A stretch of 64,000 nt of DNA from an uncultured Verrucomicrobiota bacterium. GTDB lineage: Bacteria > Verrucomicrobiota > Verrucomicrobiia > Limisphaerales > JADLHS01. Positions 29,062 to 40,847 of this stretch are shown here, piece by piece. The notes below the pieces were generated by a model. The model worked only from the letters and a program-made list of their open reading frames with translations, was not told the DNA's origin and searched no databases. Every line of letters starts with the position of its first letter. Positions within the stretch are counted from its first letter, which is position 1. A program made the position numbers and the translations under genes. The DNA is taken from assembly GCA_937894935.1 (NCBI GenBank), contig CALAYC010000215.1, positions 1,021 through 65,020 on the forward strand. The letters are read 5' to 3'.

Positions 29062-30551
29062 TTAATTCGCTGCGGATTTAGGCGGGGCGATTTGGATCGC
29101 TTGTGAAATACCGAAGCGTTCGAGGATGCGTTGGGTGGCTTCGCGTTCCGGTTTTCCAGCGGCGAGAATCATCCGTTGCAACGTGTCATTAGGCGTGAAG
29201 TCAATGACGTGGAAATCGCCTGCGGGTTGTTTTAAGGCTTCGCGGAGATCGCTCAGGGAAGTGATGCGCCGCCCATTGACTTTGTCCACCACGTAACCGC
29301 GATATTCCTGATAACCGATGTTGAAGCGGTCAGGCAGGACTTGCGAGAGGATGACGAGCGACGGCTGTTCTTTGGTGGCTTCGTTGTCGCGATAGTAATT
29401 GAAGCGGAACGGCGCATTGCGTTGCCATTCGTTGCCCCAGCGTTGCAGATAGGGAACGGTGAGCGGTTGAAAAACGAGGCCGCCGACAATCAGGTAATCG
29501 GGTGGTTGATCGTAAACGCCGAGCGGGACGAGGAGATTGGTGTAATCGTATTTAGGCAGGCGATAGCTGATTTCCTGAGCTTTGCCATCGCGCCAGATTT
29601 TCATTTTGATTTCGTCACCAGCCCAATGCCGCCGCGTGGCGAGATTTTCCAACATCAACTGACCGTAGTCCGGATCGAAGTAATCGCCTTCGGTATCAAT
29701 CGCGAAACCGTCAATTTCCAGAATGATGTCGCGTTCTCTAAAAACCAACGGGTGATCGTCGGGACGCGGAGGCACATCAATGACCAACACACCACGCGGT
29801 GCACCCGGAAGTTTTAGATTTGCGAGGGAAGCGGGATTTTCCGCCGGTTGCCAATAAAAGTGGAAATAGCCGAGGGCACGTTCGGGGCCGGAGCGACGGG
29901 CGTCCAGAATGCGTTGCACAAACGACGCGGGAATAACGCGACACGTGCGGCCTTGTTGTTGAGCGATGAGACCGACGACTTGAGAGTTTGCGATGACGGG
30001 TTCACCAAGCCCGGCAGCCTGAATGTCTGAAGCGATTTCCATTTGCACATGACTGATTTCGCTGAACTGGCTTTTGCGCACCGTGAACTGGGTGAATTCC
30101 GCCTGGCGAACTTCGAGTTTGCCTTCGCGCCAACGAAGAATCTGCAGCGGTGTGCCTTCGCTGGCGGGTTTCGCGGCGAAGGCGGCGGGGCGCAGGTCGG
30201 CGCGGAATTCTTCATCGGTAATCGTCAGCACGGCGAGATTGGCGTAGTAATCCACCCACGCGACTGTGGCGATGACCCACGGACCGCGACCGCCTTTCTG
30301 CACGCGAACCAAAGTTCGGTCGGAAAGACTTTCGGACGTGGTGAGAATTTGTTGGTCCGCGACGACGAGCCCCATTTTGACGGCCAATTCGTTGCGCGTG
30401 TTCCAGGGTTGGTAGTAATCGTACGCCCGGCGCGTGACTTCAATGCGCACGACCGATTTCTCCCATTGCGCCGCGGTGTTGGCAGGCGTGGTTTGCGGCA
30501 ACGCAGTGGTTGCCGCGGTAAAAAACAGAATTAAAGCGAATATAGAATTTT

Positions 30552-30555
<4 letters not shown>
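29062..30555 (-). CDS. Catalytically degenerate paralogue of the upstream Deg9/Nma111-like protease (pseudoprotease with PDZ-like regions)
   Basis: It is colinear with the 30552-32003 product, but triad positions are replaced. These are LTTSESL for MTNAHVV, ANLAVL for CDLAIL, and IQAAGLGEPV for INPGNSGGPV. It has a signal peptide. Confidence 0.7.
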
Positions 30556-32003
<1,448 letters not shown>

Positions 32004-32132
32004 GGTCGCAAAGTGAAAGCTGTTCTCGGTCAGGTCAAGGTATTATGCGAGAGTTTTGTAAATCTGCGCCGCGTGCGGGCTGTGGTTGAAAGGTTCGAGC
32101 GGAAGGATTTGGTGACAACTTAAGGCGAAAAG

Positions 32133-32693
32133 ATGAACAAAACTGAAAAAGAGAAAATGCTGGCGGGTGAACTTTACAATCCGCTGGATGCGGAATTGTC
32201 CTGCGAACGACAGCGCGGTCGCGAGTTGTGTGCGAAGCTCAACGCGACCAGGGCAACGCAATCTGAGGAGCGAGCTCGCATCATCGCGGAATTGTTTCAT
32301 GCTGCGCCTGAGGCCTGGATCGAGCCGCCGTTCTTTTGCGATTACGGAAGCAACATCACGCTGGGGCGAAAAGTTTTCTTCAACTTCAATTGCGTGGTGC
32401 TGGATGTGATGCCGGTGGTGATTGGCGATTTTTCGTTGTTCGGTCCAGCGGTGCAAATTTACACGGCGATGCATCCGATGGACGCTGCGGAGCGAAGGAA
32501 GGGACTTGAGTTCGCGCGAGCCGTTCGTATTGGAGCGGATGTGTGGGTTGGTGGCGGGGCGATTATTTGTCCCGGCGTAACGATTGGCGATCGCGCGGTG
32601 ATTGGCGCGGGCAGTGTCGTGACGCGCGATATTCCACCGGATGTTTTCGCAGCGGGGAATCCGTGTCGCGTCATCCGCTCGTTGGTTGGTTAA
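32133..32693 (+). CDS. maa: Maltose/galactoside O-acetyltransferase (hexapeptide-repeat)
   Basis: 186 aa with an N-terminal Mac domain (MLAGELYNPLDAEL) and a left-handed beta-helix hexapeptide region. Confidence 0.85.
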   Translation: MNKTEKEKMLAGELYNPLDAELSCERQRGRELCAKLNATRATQSEERARIIAELFHAAPEAWIEPPFFCDYGSNITLGRKVFFNFNCVVLDVMPVVIGDFSLFGPAVQIYTAMHPMDAAERRKGLEFARAVRIGADVWVGGGAIICPGVTIGDRAVIGAGSVVTRDIPPDVFAAGNPCRVIRSLVG

Positions 32694-32807
32694 GAAGAAG
32701 TTTAACCATCAATGAGCCTGGGAACGTAAAGTAGCTATCTTTGTGCTTGCAGTTGGAAGAAGGTTGTCGCGTCATTCGGGCATTCTCAATTCGGAAGTCG
32801 GGCCACT

Positions 32808-35800
32808 ATGCGATTTTTATCAGTAGCCGAACGGGAGCTGCGGGCGGCAGCGCGGCGACGTTTCACGTACCTTGCGCGTTGGATGACCGGTTTGGGCTTT
32901 TTCGGACTGCTGGTGTGGCTGCTTTGGGTGATGGGCGGGCTGACGAATCGCGGCGACGCCGCAGAAATTCTTCACGTTTTTGCGGTCATCACGTTTCTCT
33001 ATTGCTTGCTCTTCGGGACGGCGCGGACGGCGGATTGCATCAGCTCCGAGCGACGCGACGGCACGTTGGGATTGTTGTTTCTTACGAATCTGAACAGCGC
33101 GGAAGTTGTTATCGGCAAACTGTGTTCGCACGCGTTGGCCAGTGTGTATGCACTGCTGGCAATTTTCCCAATCATGGCGTTGCCGCTGTTGATGGGCGGC
33201 ATCACGGGAACGGAATTTTTTCACACGGTTCTCGCATTGATGAATGCGATTTTCGCGTCGCTGGTTGCGGGATTAATCGCTTCAGTGATGTTCACACGAC
33301 AATTTCCGGCGGTCGCATTTGCAGTGGGGTTAATGGCGATCTGGGGACTGGGGTCGTTGGGCATCGCGGGCATCATCGCCGAACACAAAGGCAATCCGCT
33401 GCTCGTGCAAGGCTTCGCGGTTATCTGTCCGCTTTACGCGCTGCTGACGGCCGATGGCTCGCGGATCTTCGGCGCAAATCTCTTTTGGGAATCGCTCGCC
33501 GCGGTGGCGACGCTCTCGGTGCTTGGATGTGTTTGGGCAACGTGGCGGCTGTCGCGAACATGGCGGGATCGGCCAGCGGTGGTGCGGGCGAAAGGCAGTT
33601 GGAAATTCTGGCAGCGTCGTAAGGCAACGACCGCCAAACCCACCAATCCACGACTGCGGCAACGGTTACTTGATGTGAATCCGTTTTATTGGTTGGCGGG
33701 TCGAAAACTGGTCAGTGCGCCCATCTTCATGATTCTGATGCTGCTGTTGGTGTTGCTGACCGTGACCGTGACCGTGCCATTTTTTCAGTCCACGTTCCGA
33801 CGGCAAAGTGACTTCGCGCCGATGATCGGTTGTTTGCTGGGATGGCTGTGGACGGTGTTGGCGGCGCATGTTCTGACGCTTTATTACGCGGCGATGATTT
33901 CTTCGCAGCGTCTGGCGGAGGATAAACAGACCGGTGCTCTGGAAATGATTCTCTGTACGCCGACGACCGAGCGAGCGATTTCGCGAGGGCTATGGCAGGC
34001 GTTTTTTCGGCGTATGACTTTTCCGGCGGGCGCGGTGGTGTTGCTGCATGGCGCGTTTCTGTGGTTGATCATGGTGATGTGTACGTTCGAGCCGCCGACC
34101 AATCAAAGAAGTGTCCAGGGAAATGGAACTCCCGGTGAATACTTCTGGGCAATCCTGTGGAACGAACCGGTGCGTGGCATAGCGTTGGACTGGGAGTTTA
34201 TAATGCTTATGCGCGTGGTGATTTTTCTGTTGCCGTCGGCGTTTCTAATCTGGATTACGCTGGGTTGGGTGGGGCGTTGGTTGGGGTTGAAAATGAAACA
34301 TCCTGGTTTCGCACCGCTGCTGGCGCTCGCGTTGACGTTCATTCCACCTATCATCGGCTTCTCAATCCTGTGTTACATCGCGGATAAACTGGGGTTCTTT
34401 CGTGGCTCGAATCGCCAAACAGCGCCAATCGTCATCTTGAGCGCGTTTGCCTGGGGCAGCGGTTATTGTCTGTTGCTTTGCCTGTGGGCGGCGGACCGGT
34501 TGCGGAATGAGTTTCGTCACATTGTTACGAGCCGATTTCAACCGATGGCGCGGAGGCGATGGTGGGTGCCGAATTGGCGGCTGATGTTGCGGTTTGCGCT
34601 CTGGCTGATGGCGATTGGTGGCGGAATGGTCGTGCTGGTGGTGGGATATTACGCGGTTCAAAACTGGAATCTGCAACGCAATTGGAAAAAGTTTCAGGCC
34701 GAGGTGCAACAGCGCGGTGACAGGCCTGACTTTCCGCTGGTGCAACCCACGCGTGTGCCGGAGGCAGAAAATCTGGCGATGCATCCAGTTTTCCAACAGT
34801 CCTTACGCGAGGTGCAGTCGTTCGGTGGACAGACGTTGGGTTCGCTCGTCTTTCGGCTTTCGAATCTGCAAGATCCGTATCAACGTTGGCCGACAGATGC
34901 GACTGCGCCGTGGCCGACCCGAAAATTCTTCCCGCTCGATGAGCATGCGCGTTGGATAGAGAGTTCTCGCAAATTCGGCGTAAGTACCAATCGCGCCGAA
35001 ATGGCAACGGCCATGCTGGCGGACCTTGCGAAATATCGGGAGGCGCTGAGCGAATTTGCGGAAGCGGCGAAGCTGCCGTATTACCAGACCCGAACGAATT
35101 GCGACGTGGAGACGGTGATTCGCAGTGATCAACCGGAAAGTGTGCTGTTGGAGCGAGTGCATTTTATTTTTGCGTTGCGAGCCAGTGCGGCGTTGGCGAC
35201 GGGTGACCACGATGCGGCGGCGGTTGATGTTCTGACTGGATTACGATTGGCGCGATTGGCGCGACAGACGCTCGATGCGCGGGCGGCGTTGCGACAACAG
35301 ATTTTGCTGGTGCGAACCTTGCAACCGTTGTGGGAAGGAATGTGCGAACAGCGGTGGACCGCAACGGAGTTGACGCAGTTTGAATCTGAGTTGCGGCGAT
35401 TTACTTTGTTGACGGATTACACCAACGACGTGCGACGCGTCGTGCAGGCGCATTTGCAATTGTGGAGTCGTTTTCCGGATTTGCCGTCCCATCTGCGGCA
35501 GATCCCAAGTTCCAATGGTAATTCCTATTCCACCCGTTCGCATTGGCAACACGAGCCTGGCAACTGGTGGTATGAGCGCTGTCGGCTTTTGCACGCCGCC
35601 GGAGAAAGAGCCATCGCTAAACTGGATATTGAGAATGGCTGGGCGTCTCTCGACCGAGGAACTGATTATCTGCACGACCTGCCGTTGAACGACGATGTTT
35701 TCACACTGTTGCAACCGTATCCATGGAACAATCCGCGTCCGACGACGCTGGCGTTTGCGCAGGCGGCGTTGAATCAGGCGCTCATCGCCTGCGCGTTGGA

Positions 35801-36044
35801 GCGATACCGGCTCGCGCGCGGGAGTTATCCGGAAAAGTTGTCGCAGCTCGTTTCGGAATATTTGCCGGAAATTCCGCCTGACCCGGTCGCTCGTCGTCCG
35901 ATGAGTTACGAACGAAATCCTGCGGGTCGCTATACGCTCCGCAGCTTCGGTGTGGATCGGGAGGATGATCGAGTCAGGAAAGTAAACGACGACTGGCTCT
36001 GGACTTATCCGACCAATCAACCGAGCGTCGGTCCGGGTAAATGA
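32808..36044 (+). CDS. Large polytopic protein: two tandem ABC-2-type permease-like modules fused to a ~480 aa extracytoplasmic module
   Basis: 1078 aa. It has two copies of the ABC-2/NosY-like signature (SSERRDGTLGLLFLTNL and LAEDKQTGALEMILCTP), each within about 6 TM helices. The C-terminal module is paralogous to the 1744-3309 product. Confidence 0.7.
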   Translation: MRFLSVAERELRAAARRRFTYLARWMTGLGFFGLLVWLLWVMGGLTNRGDAAEILHVFAVITFLYCLLFGTARTADCISSERRDGTLGLLFLTNLNSAEVVIGKLCSHALASVYALLAIFPIMALPLLMGGITGTEFFHTVLALMNAIFASLVAGLIASVMFTRQFPAVAFAVGLMAIWGLGSLGIAGIIAEHKGNPLLVQGFAVICPLYALLTADGSRIFGANLFWESLAAVATLSVLGCVWATWRLSRTWRDRPAVVRAKGSWKFWQRRKATTAKPTNPRLRQRLLDVNPFYWLAGRKLVSAPIFMILMLLLVLLTVTVTVPFFQSTFRRQSDFAPMIGCLLGWLWTVLAAHVLTLYYAAMISSQRLAEDKQTGALEMILCTPTTERAISRGLWQAFFRRMTFPAGAVVLLHGAFLWLIMVMCTFEPPTNQRSVQGNGTPGEYFWAILWNEPVRGIALDWEFIMLMRVVIFLLPSAFLIWITLGWVGRWLGLKMKHPGFAPLLALALTFIPPIIGFSILCYIADKLGFFRGSNRQTAPIVILSAFAWGSGYCLLLCLWAADRLRNEFRHIVTSRFQPMARRRWWVPNWRLMLRFALWLMAIGGGMVVLVVGYYAVQNWNLQRNWKKFQAEVQQRGDRPDFPLVQPTRVPEAENLAMHPVFQQSLREVQSFGGQTLGSLVFRLSNLQDPYQRWPTDATAPWPTRKFFPLDEHARWIESSRKFGVSTNRAEMATAMLADLAKYREALSEFAEAAKLPYYQTRTNCDVETVIRSDQPESVLLERVHFIFALRASAALATGDHDAAAVDVLTGLRLARLARQTLDARAALRQQILLVRTLQPLWEGMCEQRWTATELTQFESELRRFTLLTDYTNDVRRVVQAHLQLWSRFPDLPSHLRQIPSSNGNSYSTRSHWQHEPGNWWYERCRLLHAAGERAIAKLDIENGWASLDRGTDYLHDLPLNDDVFTLLQPYPWNNPRPTTLAFAQAALNQALIACALERYRLARGSYPEKLSQLVSEYLPEIPPDPVARRPMSYERNPAGRYTLRSFGVDREDDRVRKVNDDWLWTYPTNQPSVGPGK

Positions 36045-36191
36045 TGTTGCGGCGGTTGTTTCTTCAATTTGCGTCCCCCTTTCCGGCGATGGCTCACGAT
36101 GGTTGAAGCTGTTAACGTGCGCCATCCCTCGCGAGCGGTTCGTGCTTTTGTCGCACGGCAAAGATCGTCGGAGGAATTCGCCACGTTGCCC

Positions 36192-39100
36192 ATGAAGAGA
36201 TTGTTGATTGCCTTGCTGCTGGTCGGTTCGCTCGGAATTTCTCCGCTCACGGCGCAAATGCAAATGGAACGACTGGGGCGTGGGGTGGTCGCTGTACGCA
36301 CCGGAACGAGCATGGCGTATGTGGGATGGCGTTTGTTGGGAACAGATCGGGAGGATATCGGTTTCAACGTTTATCGCTCGTCCAACGGCGGCGCGCTGGT
36401 GCAACGGAATACGACGTTAATCACCAACAGTTGTAACTTCGTGGACACAGCGGTGAACTTCGCGCAATCGAATGCGTATTTTCTGCAACCAGTGGTGGCC
36501 GGGATAACGCAGGCGTTGAGTGCGCCGTTTGGTTTGGCGGCAAATGTTCCGACGCAGCAATATCTCAACGTCCCACTGCAACCGCCTGCTGACGGCGTAA
36601 CGATTGATGGCGTGCCGTATTCCTACAATGCGAACGATTGCAGTGCGGCGGATCTCGATGGCGACGGCGAATACGAAATCGTGTTGAAATGGGATCCGAC
36701 GAATTCCAAGGACAATTCGCAGAGCGGTTTTACCGGCAACGTTTTTCTCGACGCTTACAAGTTAAACGGCACGTTGCTGTGGCGGATTGATCTCGGACCG
36801 AACATTCGTGCCGGGGCGCATTACACGCAGTTCATTGTTTACGATTTGGATGGAGACGGTCGCGCCGAGCTCGCCTGCAAGACTGCGCCCGGCACGCGCG
36901 ACGGTCTGGGCGCGTATGTGGATGGCAATGCTGCTTTCACCACGTACACCAATTCGGGCGGTTACATTCTGAGCGGGCCGGAATACTTCACGATTTTCGA
37001 CGGACTCACCGGGGCGAAGTTGGCGAACACCAATTATCTGCCGGGGCGCGGCAATGTTTCGGATTGGGGCGATAACTATGGCAATCGCGTGGATCGGTTT
37101 CTGGCGGCGGTGGCTTATCTGGATGGCGTGCGTCCGAGTGTGGTGATGTGTCGCGGCTATTACACGCGTGCGGCGTTGGTGGCGTGGGATTGGCGGGATG
37201 GGCAATTGACGCAGCGATGGACATTTGACACCGGACATTCCGGCGGCCCGTGGGCGAATTACAAAGGGCAGGGCGCGCACAGTCTCACCGTGGGTGATGT
37301 GGATGCGGACGGTAAAGACGAAATTGTTTACGGCGCTTGCACGATTGATGATAACGGTACGGGGCTTTACACGACCGGCCTGGGCCATGGCGATGCGTTG
37401 CATTTGTCCGATATGGATCCCGATCGGCCGGGATTGGAAGTCTGGATGATTCATGAATCGCCATCGCAGTACGGGCCGTATGGTTTGGACTGTCACGATG
37501 CGCGCACGGGTGAAATCATTTTCGGCGTGGACGGACAGAACTCCGATGTCGGGCGCGGAATTGCGATGGATATCAATCCGAACTTTCGCGGTTTTGAAAT
37601 GTGGGGTTCGCGCGGCGGATTGATGAACGTGCGCGGCACGCAAATTTCCTCCACCAAACCTGGACCGCAAAATTTCGCGTGTTACTGGGATGCGGATCTG
37701 TTGCGCGAGTTGTTGGATGGCACGACGATTTCGAAATGGAATTTCGTGTCGAGTAGCACGAGTACGTTGTTGTCGCCCGGTGGAATCAGTTCTAATAACG
37801 GCACGAAATCCACGCCCGCGTTGGCGGCAGATTTGTTCGGCGATTGGCGCGAGGAAGTCATCTGGCGCACTTCGGATAATCAGAACTTGCGCATCTACAC
37901 GACCACCATTGTCGCGACCAATCGGCTCGTGACATTGATGCACGATCCGCAGTATCGCGTTGCCATCGCGTGGCAGAACGTCGCTTACAATCAACCGCCG
38001 CATCCGGGTTATTACATCGGGCCGGGCATGTATCGCGCTCCGGTCGCGCCGATTTCCGATGCGGACCTCGTCTGGCGCGGTGGCGGCGCGAATATCTGGG
38101 AAGACAACGGTGCGGTGAATTGGCGCACGAACGGTGTTTGGAAAGGCAACAATCCCGCAGTGCCGTTCGTAGCCGGGCGCTCCGTGCTTTTCGATTTAAC
38201 CGGATCGAATCACACGAGCATTACGTTGAACGGCACGTTAACGCCCGCGCAAGTGACGGTTCACACAGCGAAAGACTATGTATTCGCTGGAACAGGTTTG
38301 CTCGACGGTGCGATGTCGCTCCGCAAAGCCGGTCCGGGTCGATTGACGGTAAATACTACTAACCACTTTACCGGCGCGACCGTTGTGAGTGGTGGGGCGA
38401 TGTTTGTGAATGGCGCATTGGGCGGTAGCGCGGTGACGGTGGAACGACGTGGTACGCCGGAAGGCCCATCGCAATTTGGCGGTAGCGGTTATCTGGGTAA
38501 TGGCCTTGTCGTGGAGAACGGTTGTAGGTTGACGATTGGTCCGGGGACCAATGCGACAGGAACGCTCTCAGTTGCCGGCGATGTGTCGCTGCTTGGCGTA
38601 TTGTGTCAGTTTGATTTGTCCGATGATCCGAGCGGAACGATTAAGGCGAGCGATCGGTTGGTGATTCAGGGAAATCTTACGTTGAGCGGGACGAACACAA
38701 TTGAGATTCGCACGCTCGACGGACATCTCGAACCAGGAGTTTATCCGTTGATGACTTACACCGGTTCGTTGAACGGCGGTCTGACCAATCTCGCGTTGAG
38801 CGGAAACTTCATTCAAGAAGTCACGCTGACAAATGCGCCCGGCCTGATTGCATTGATAGCGATGATTCCGCCTGCACCACCGGTTGCGCCGAGCAATTTG
38901 ACTGCTGTTCCGGTGGGCGCGTTTCAAATCAATCTTTCGTGGCAGGATAACGCGACGAACGAAAACGCGTATCTGATTGAGCGGTCGTTGGACCATGTTT
39001 CGTTCAGTCAGATTGCGGTGACGGCGGCGAATGAAACGACTTATGTGGATAACGGATTAACTCCGGACACGACGTATTACTACCGCGTGCGCGGGACAAA

Positions 39101-40790
39101 TCTGGCTGACGCTTCAGCTTATTCCACCACAGCGCAAGCGACCACGACGCCGTTGCCGAGCAGTCTCACGTGGCGCGGCGGTGCGGCGGCGAATGCGTGG
39201 GATATCGGTGGCGCATTAAATTGGTTCGATGGTGCGAACATCGTGGTTTACAGCGACGGCGCGAATGTAAGGTTCGATCAATCCGGCTCGAACAATACAC
39301 CGGTTTTGTTGAATGCCACGTTGCAGCCGGGTTCGGTGACGGTGGATGCCAATAAGAATTACACTTTTAATACAAGCGGGAACGGCTCGATCGCCGGTGC
39401 GATGACGTTGACGAAACAGGGTAGCGGCACGTTGTTCATGAATGTTTCCAACTCTTTCAGTGGTGGCGTGGACATCAACGCGGGAACATTGTCGCTCGGA
39501 AATGTTTTTGGCGCTGGCAGCGGACCGATTCGCCTCAATGGTGGGACGTTGACGTTCGCGATTGGCGGGCAGCAGTTCTATGCCAATCCACTCGTGGTGA
39601 ATGCTGCCAGCACACTGTTATCGCAAGGCGGTAACAACAATGTGGTCAGTGGTTCGTGGAGTGGTAACGCGGGAGCGACGTTGATTATTTCCGCGTCAGG
39701 AAGTCCGGGCGTGTTTTCTGTGGGCGGCAACATGAGCGGTTTCCCGGGCGCGGTGAGTCTGGGAAACAGCAGCGGCACGCTTCGCATCAATAGTGGAAAC
39801 AGCAATGTTTCGTTCGGCAGCGCAAATACCACGTTTGATCTCGGCACGGGCACGGGTTGGCTCGTCAATCGCAACGGTAACATCACGGTGGCGCTCGGTG
39901 CGTTGAGCGGCGGACCGAATACAACGTTATCGGGGCGCTCTTCGGGTTCAGGTGGGGCGGGCAGCACATACGACATCGGCGGGAAGAATCTTTCCACGAC
40001 ATTCAGCGGGCGCATCATCAACGGCAACGATGTCACCAGCATTATCAAATCCGGCACGGGCACGTTGCGATTGGCCGGCACGAACACTTACACCGGCACG
40101 ACCATGATCAACAACGGGACGTTGTTGGTGAATGGCGATTCAGCGGCAGCAACCGGCGCGGTGAATGTTGGCGTCAATGGGCGACTCGGCGGGACAGGCG
40201 TCATTGGCGGGGTTACGACGGTGTTCGGACGATTGCTTCCCGGTGATGGCATCGGAACATTGACCTTCACGCAATCACTTACGCTCAACGCCAGTGCGAT
40301 CGCGCAATTTGAAATCAGCAAAAATCCATTTGGCAACGACAAGGTTGTTGTGGGAGGCACGGTTACTTATGGCGGCACATTGGATGTGTTGAATGCGAGT
40401 GTCGAACTGTTGGAAGCAGGCGATAATTTTCAGTTGTTTGCCGCCGGCAATTATTCCGGGGCTTTTGCGCAGGTTGAATTGCCCGCGTTGGAAGCCGGAT
40501 TGAAATGGGATACCTCGCAGCTCGCAACCAACGGACGAATCTGGATCGTCAGCACTGAACCGCCGGTCGTGAGCAGTGTTGATTTAAGTGGTGGAAGCTT
40601 CCATTTCTCCGGCAGCGGCGGAACGCCGAATTGGACTTACGACGTCGTGACGTCCACCAACCTTGCATTGCCGGTAACCGAATGGACGGTGATTTATACC
40701 GGTCAGTTTGATTCGACTGGCAATTTCAGTGTGACGATTCCAACGGTCGCTCAGGAAGCGCAACGGTATTACGTCGTGCGCAGCCGGTGA
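36192..40790 (+). CDS. Secreted rhamnogalacturonan-lyase-like (PL11 beta-propeller) protein with FN3 and autotransporter-associated beta-strand (PATR) repeats
   Basis: It has a signal peptide at M42 of the ORF. The N-terminus QMERLGRGVVAVRT...YVGWRLLGTD...FNVYRS and DLDGDGEYEIVLKWDP resemble YesW/YesX PL11. An FN3 domain (SNLTAVPVG...YYYRVRG) lies near 38.9 kb, and there are many G-x-L-x-K-x-G-x-G-T-L repeats. Confidence 0.75.
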   Translation: MKRLLIALLLVGSLGISPLTAQMQMERLGRGVVAVRTGTSMAYVGWRLLGTDREDIGFNVYRSSNGGALVQRNTTLITNSCNFVDTAVNFAQSNAYFLQPVVAGITQALSAPFGLAANVPTQQYLNVPLQPPADGVTIDGVPYSYNANDCSAADLDGDGEYEIVLKWDPTNSKDNSQSGFTGNVFLDAYKLNGTLLWRIDLGPNIRAGAHYTQFIVYDLDGDGRAELACKTAPGTRDGLGAYVDGNAAFTTYTNSGGYILSGPEYFTIFDGLTGAKLANTNYLPGRGNVSDWGDNYGNRVDRFLAAVAYLDGVRPSVVMCRGYYTRAALVAWDWRDGQLTQRWTFDTGHSGGPWANYKGQGAHSLTVGDVDADGKDEIVYGACTIDDNGTGLYTTGLGHGDALHLSDMDPDRPGLEVWMIHESPSQYGPYGLDCHDARTGEIIFGVDGQNSDVGRGIAMDINPNFRGFEMWGSRGGLMNVRGTQISSTKPGPQNFACYWDADLLRELLDGTTISKWNFVSSSTSTLLSPGGISSNNGTKSTPALAADLFGDWREEVIWRTSDNQNLRIYTTTIVATNRLVTLMHDPQYRVAIAWQNVAYNQPPHPGYYIGPGMYRAPVAPISDADLVWRGGGANIWEDNGAVNWRTNGVWKGNNPAVPFVAGRSVLFDLTGSNHTSITLNGTLTPAQVTVHTAKDYVFAGTGLLDGAMSLRKAGPGRLTVNTTNHFTGATVVSGGAMFVNGALGGSAVTVERRGTPEGPSQFGGSGYLGNGLVVENGCRLTIGPGTNATGTLSVAGDVSLLGVLCQFDLSDDPSGTIKASDRLVIQGNLTLSGTNTIEIRTLDGHLEPGVYPLMTYTGSLNGGLTNLALSGNFIQEVTLTNAPGLIALIAMIPPAPPVAPSNLTAVPVGAFQINLSWQDNATNENAYLIERSLDHVSFSQIAVTAANETTYVDNGLTPDTTYYYRVRGTNLADASAYSTTAQATTTPLPSSLTWRGGAAANAWDIGGALNWFDGANIVVYSDGANVRFDQSGSNNTPVLLNATLQPGSVTVDANKNYTFNTSGNGSIAGAMTLTKQGSGTLFMNVSNSFSGGVDINAGTLSLGNVFGAGSGPIRLNGGTLTFAIGGQQFYANPLVVNAASTLLSQGGNNNVVSGSWSGNAGATLIISASGSPGVFSVGGNMSGFPGAVSLGNSSGTLRINSGNSNVSFGSANTTFDLGTGTGWLVNRNGNITVALGALSGGPNTTLSGRSSGSGGAGSTYDIGGKNLSTTFSGRIINGNDVTSIIKSGTGTLRLAGTNTYTGTTMINNGTLLVNGDSAAATGAVNVGVNGRLGGTGVIGGVTTVFGRLLPGDGIGTLTFTQSLTLNASAIAQFEISKNPFGNDKVVVGGTVTYGGTLDVLNASVELLEAGDNFQLFAAGNYSGAFAQVELPALEAGLKWDTSQLATNGRIWIVSTEPPVVSSVDLSGGSFHFSGSGGTPNWTYDVVTSTNLALPVTEWTVIYTGQFDSTGNFSVTIPTVAQEAQRYYVVRSR

Positions 40791-40847
40791 ACTGGCGGAA
40801 ATTAGAACCTCAGCATTGGATTCAGTTTTTCCAACGCGTCGTTTCCG

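Noticed and set aside
36069-36191. N-terminal extensions of the longest ORFs, at 36069, 43902, 52517, 55960, 58601, 17621, 50177, 47297, 8213, 27390 and 42880.
   Set aside because: In each case an internal ATG gives a proper signal peptide or conserved N-terminus. It also gives tight coupling (ATGA/TGATG) or non-overlap with the neighbouring gene. The extensions overlap upstream genes or look non-coding.
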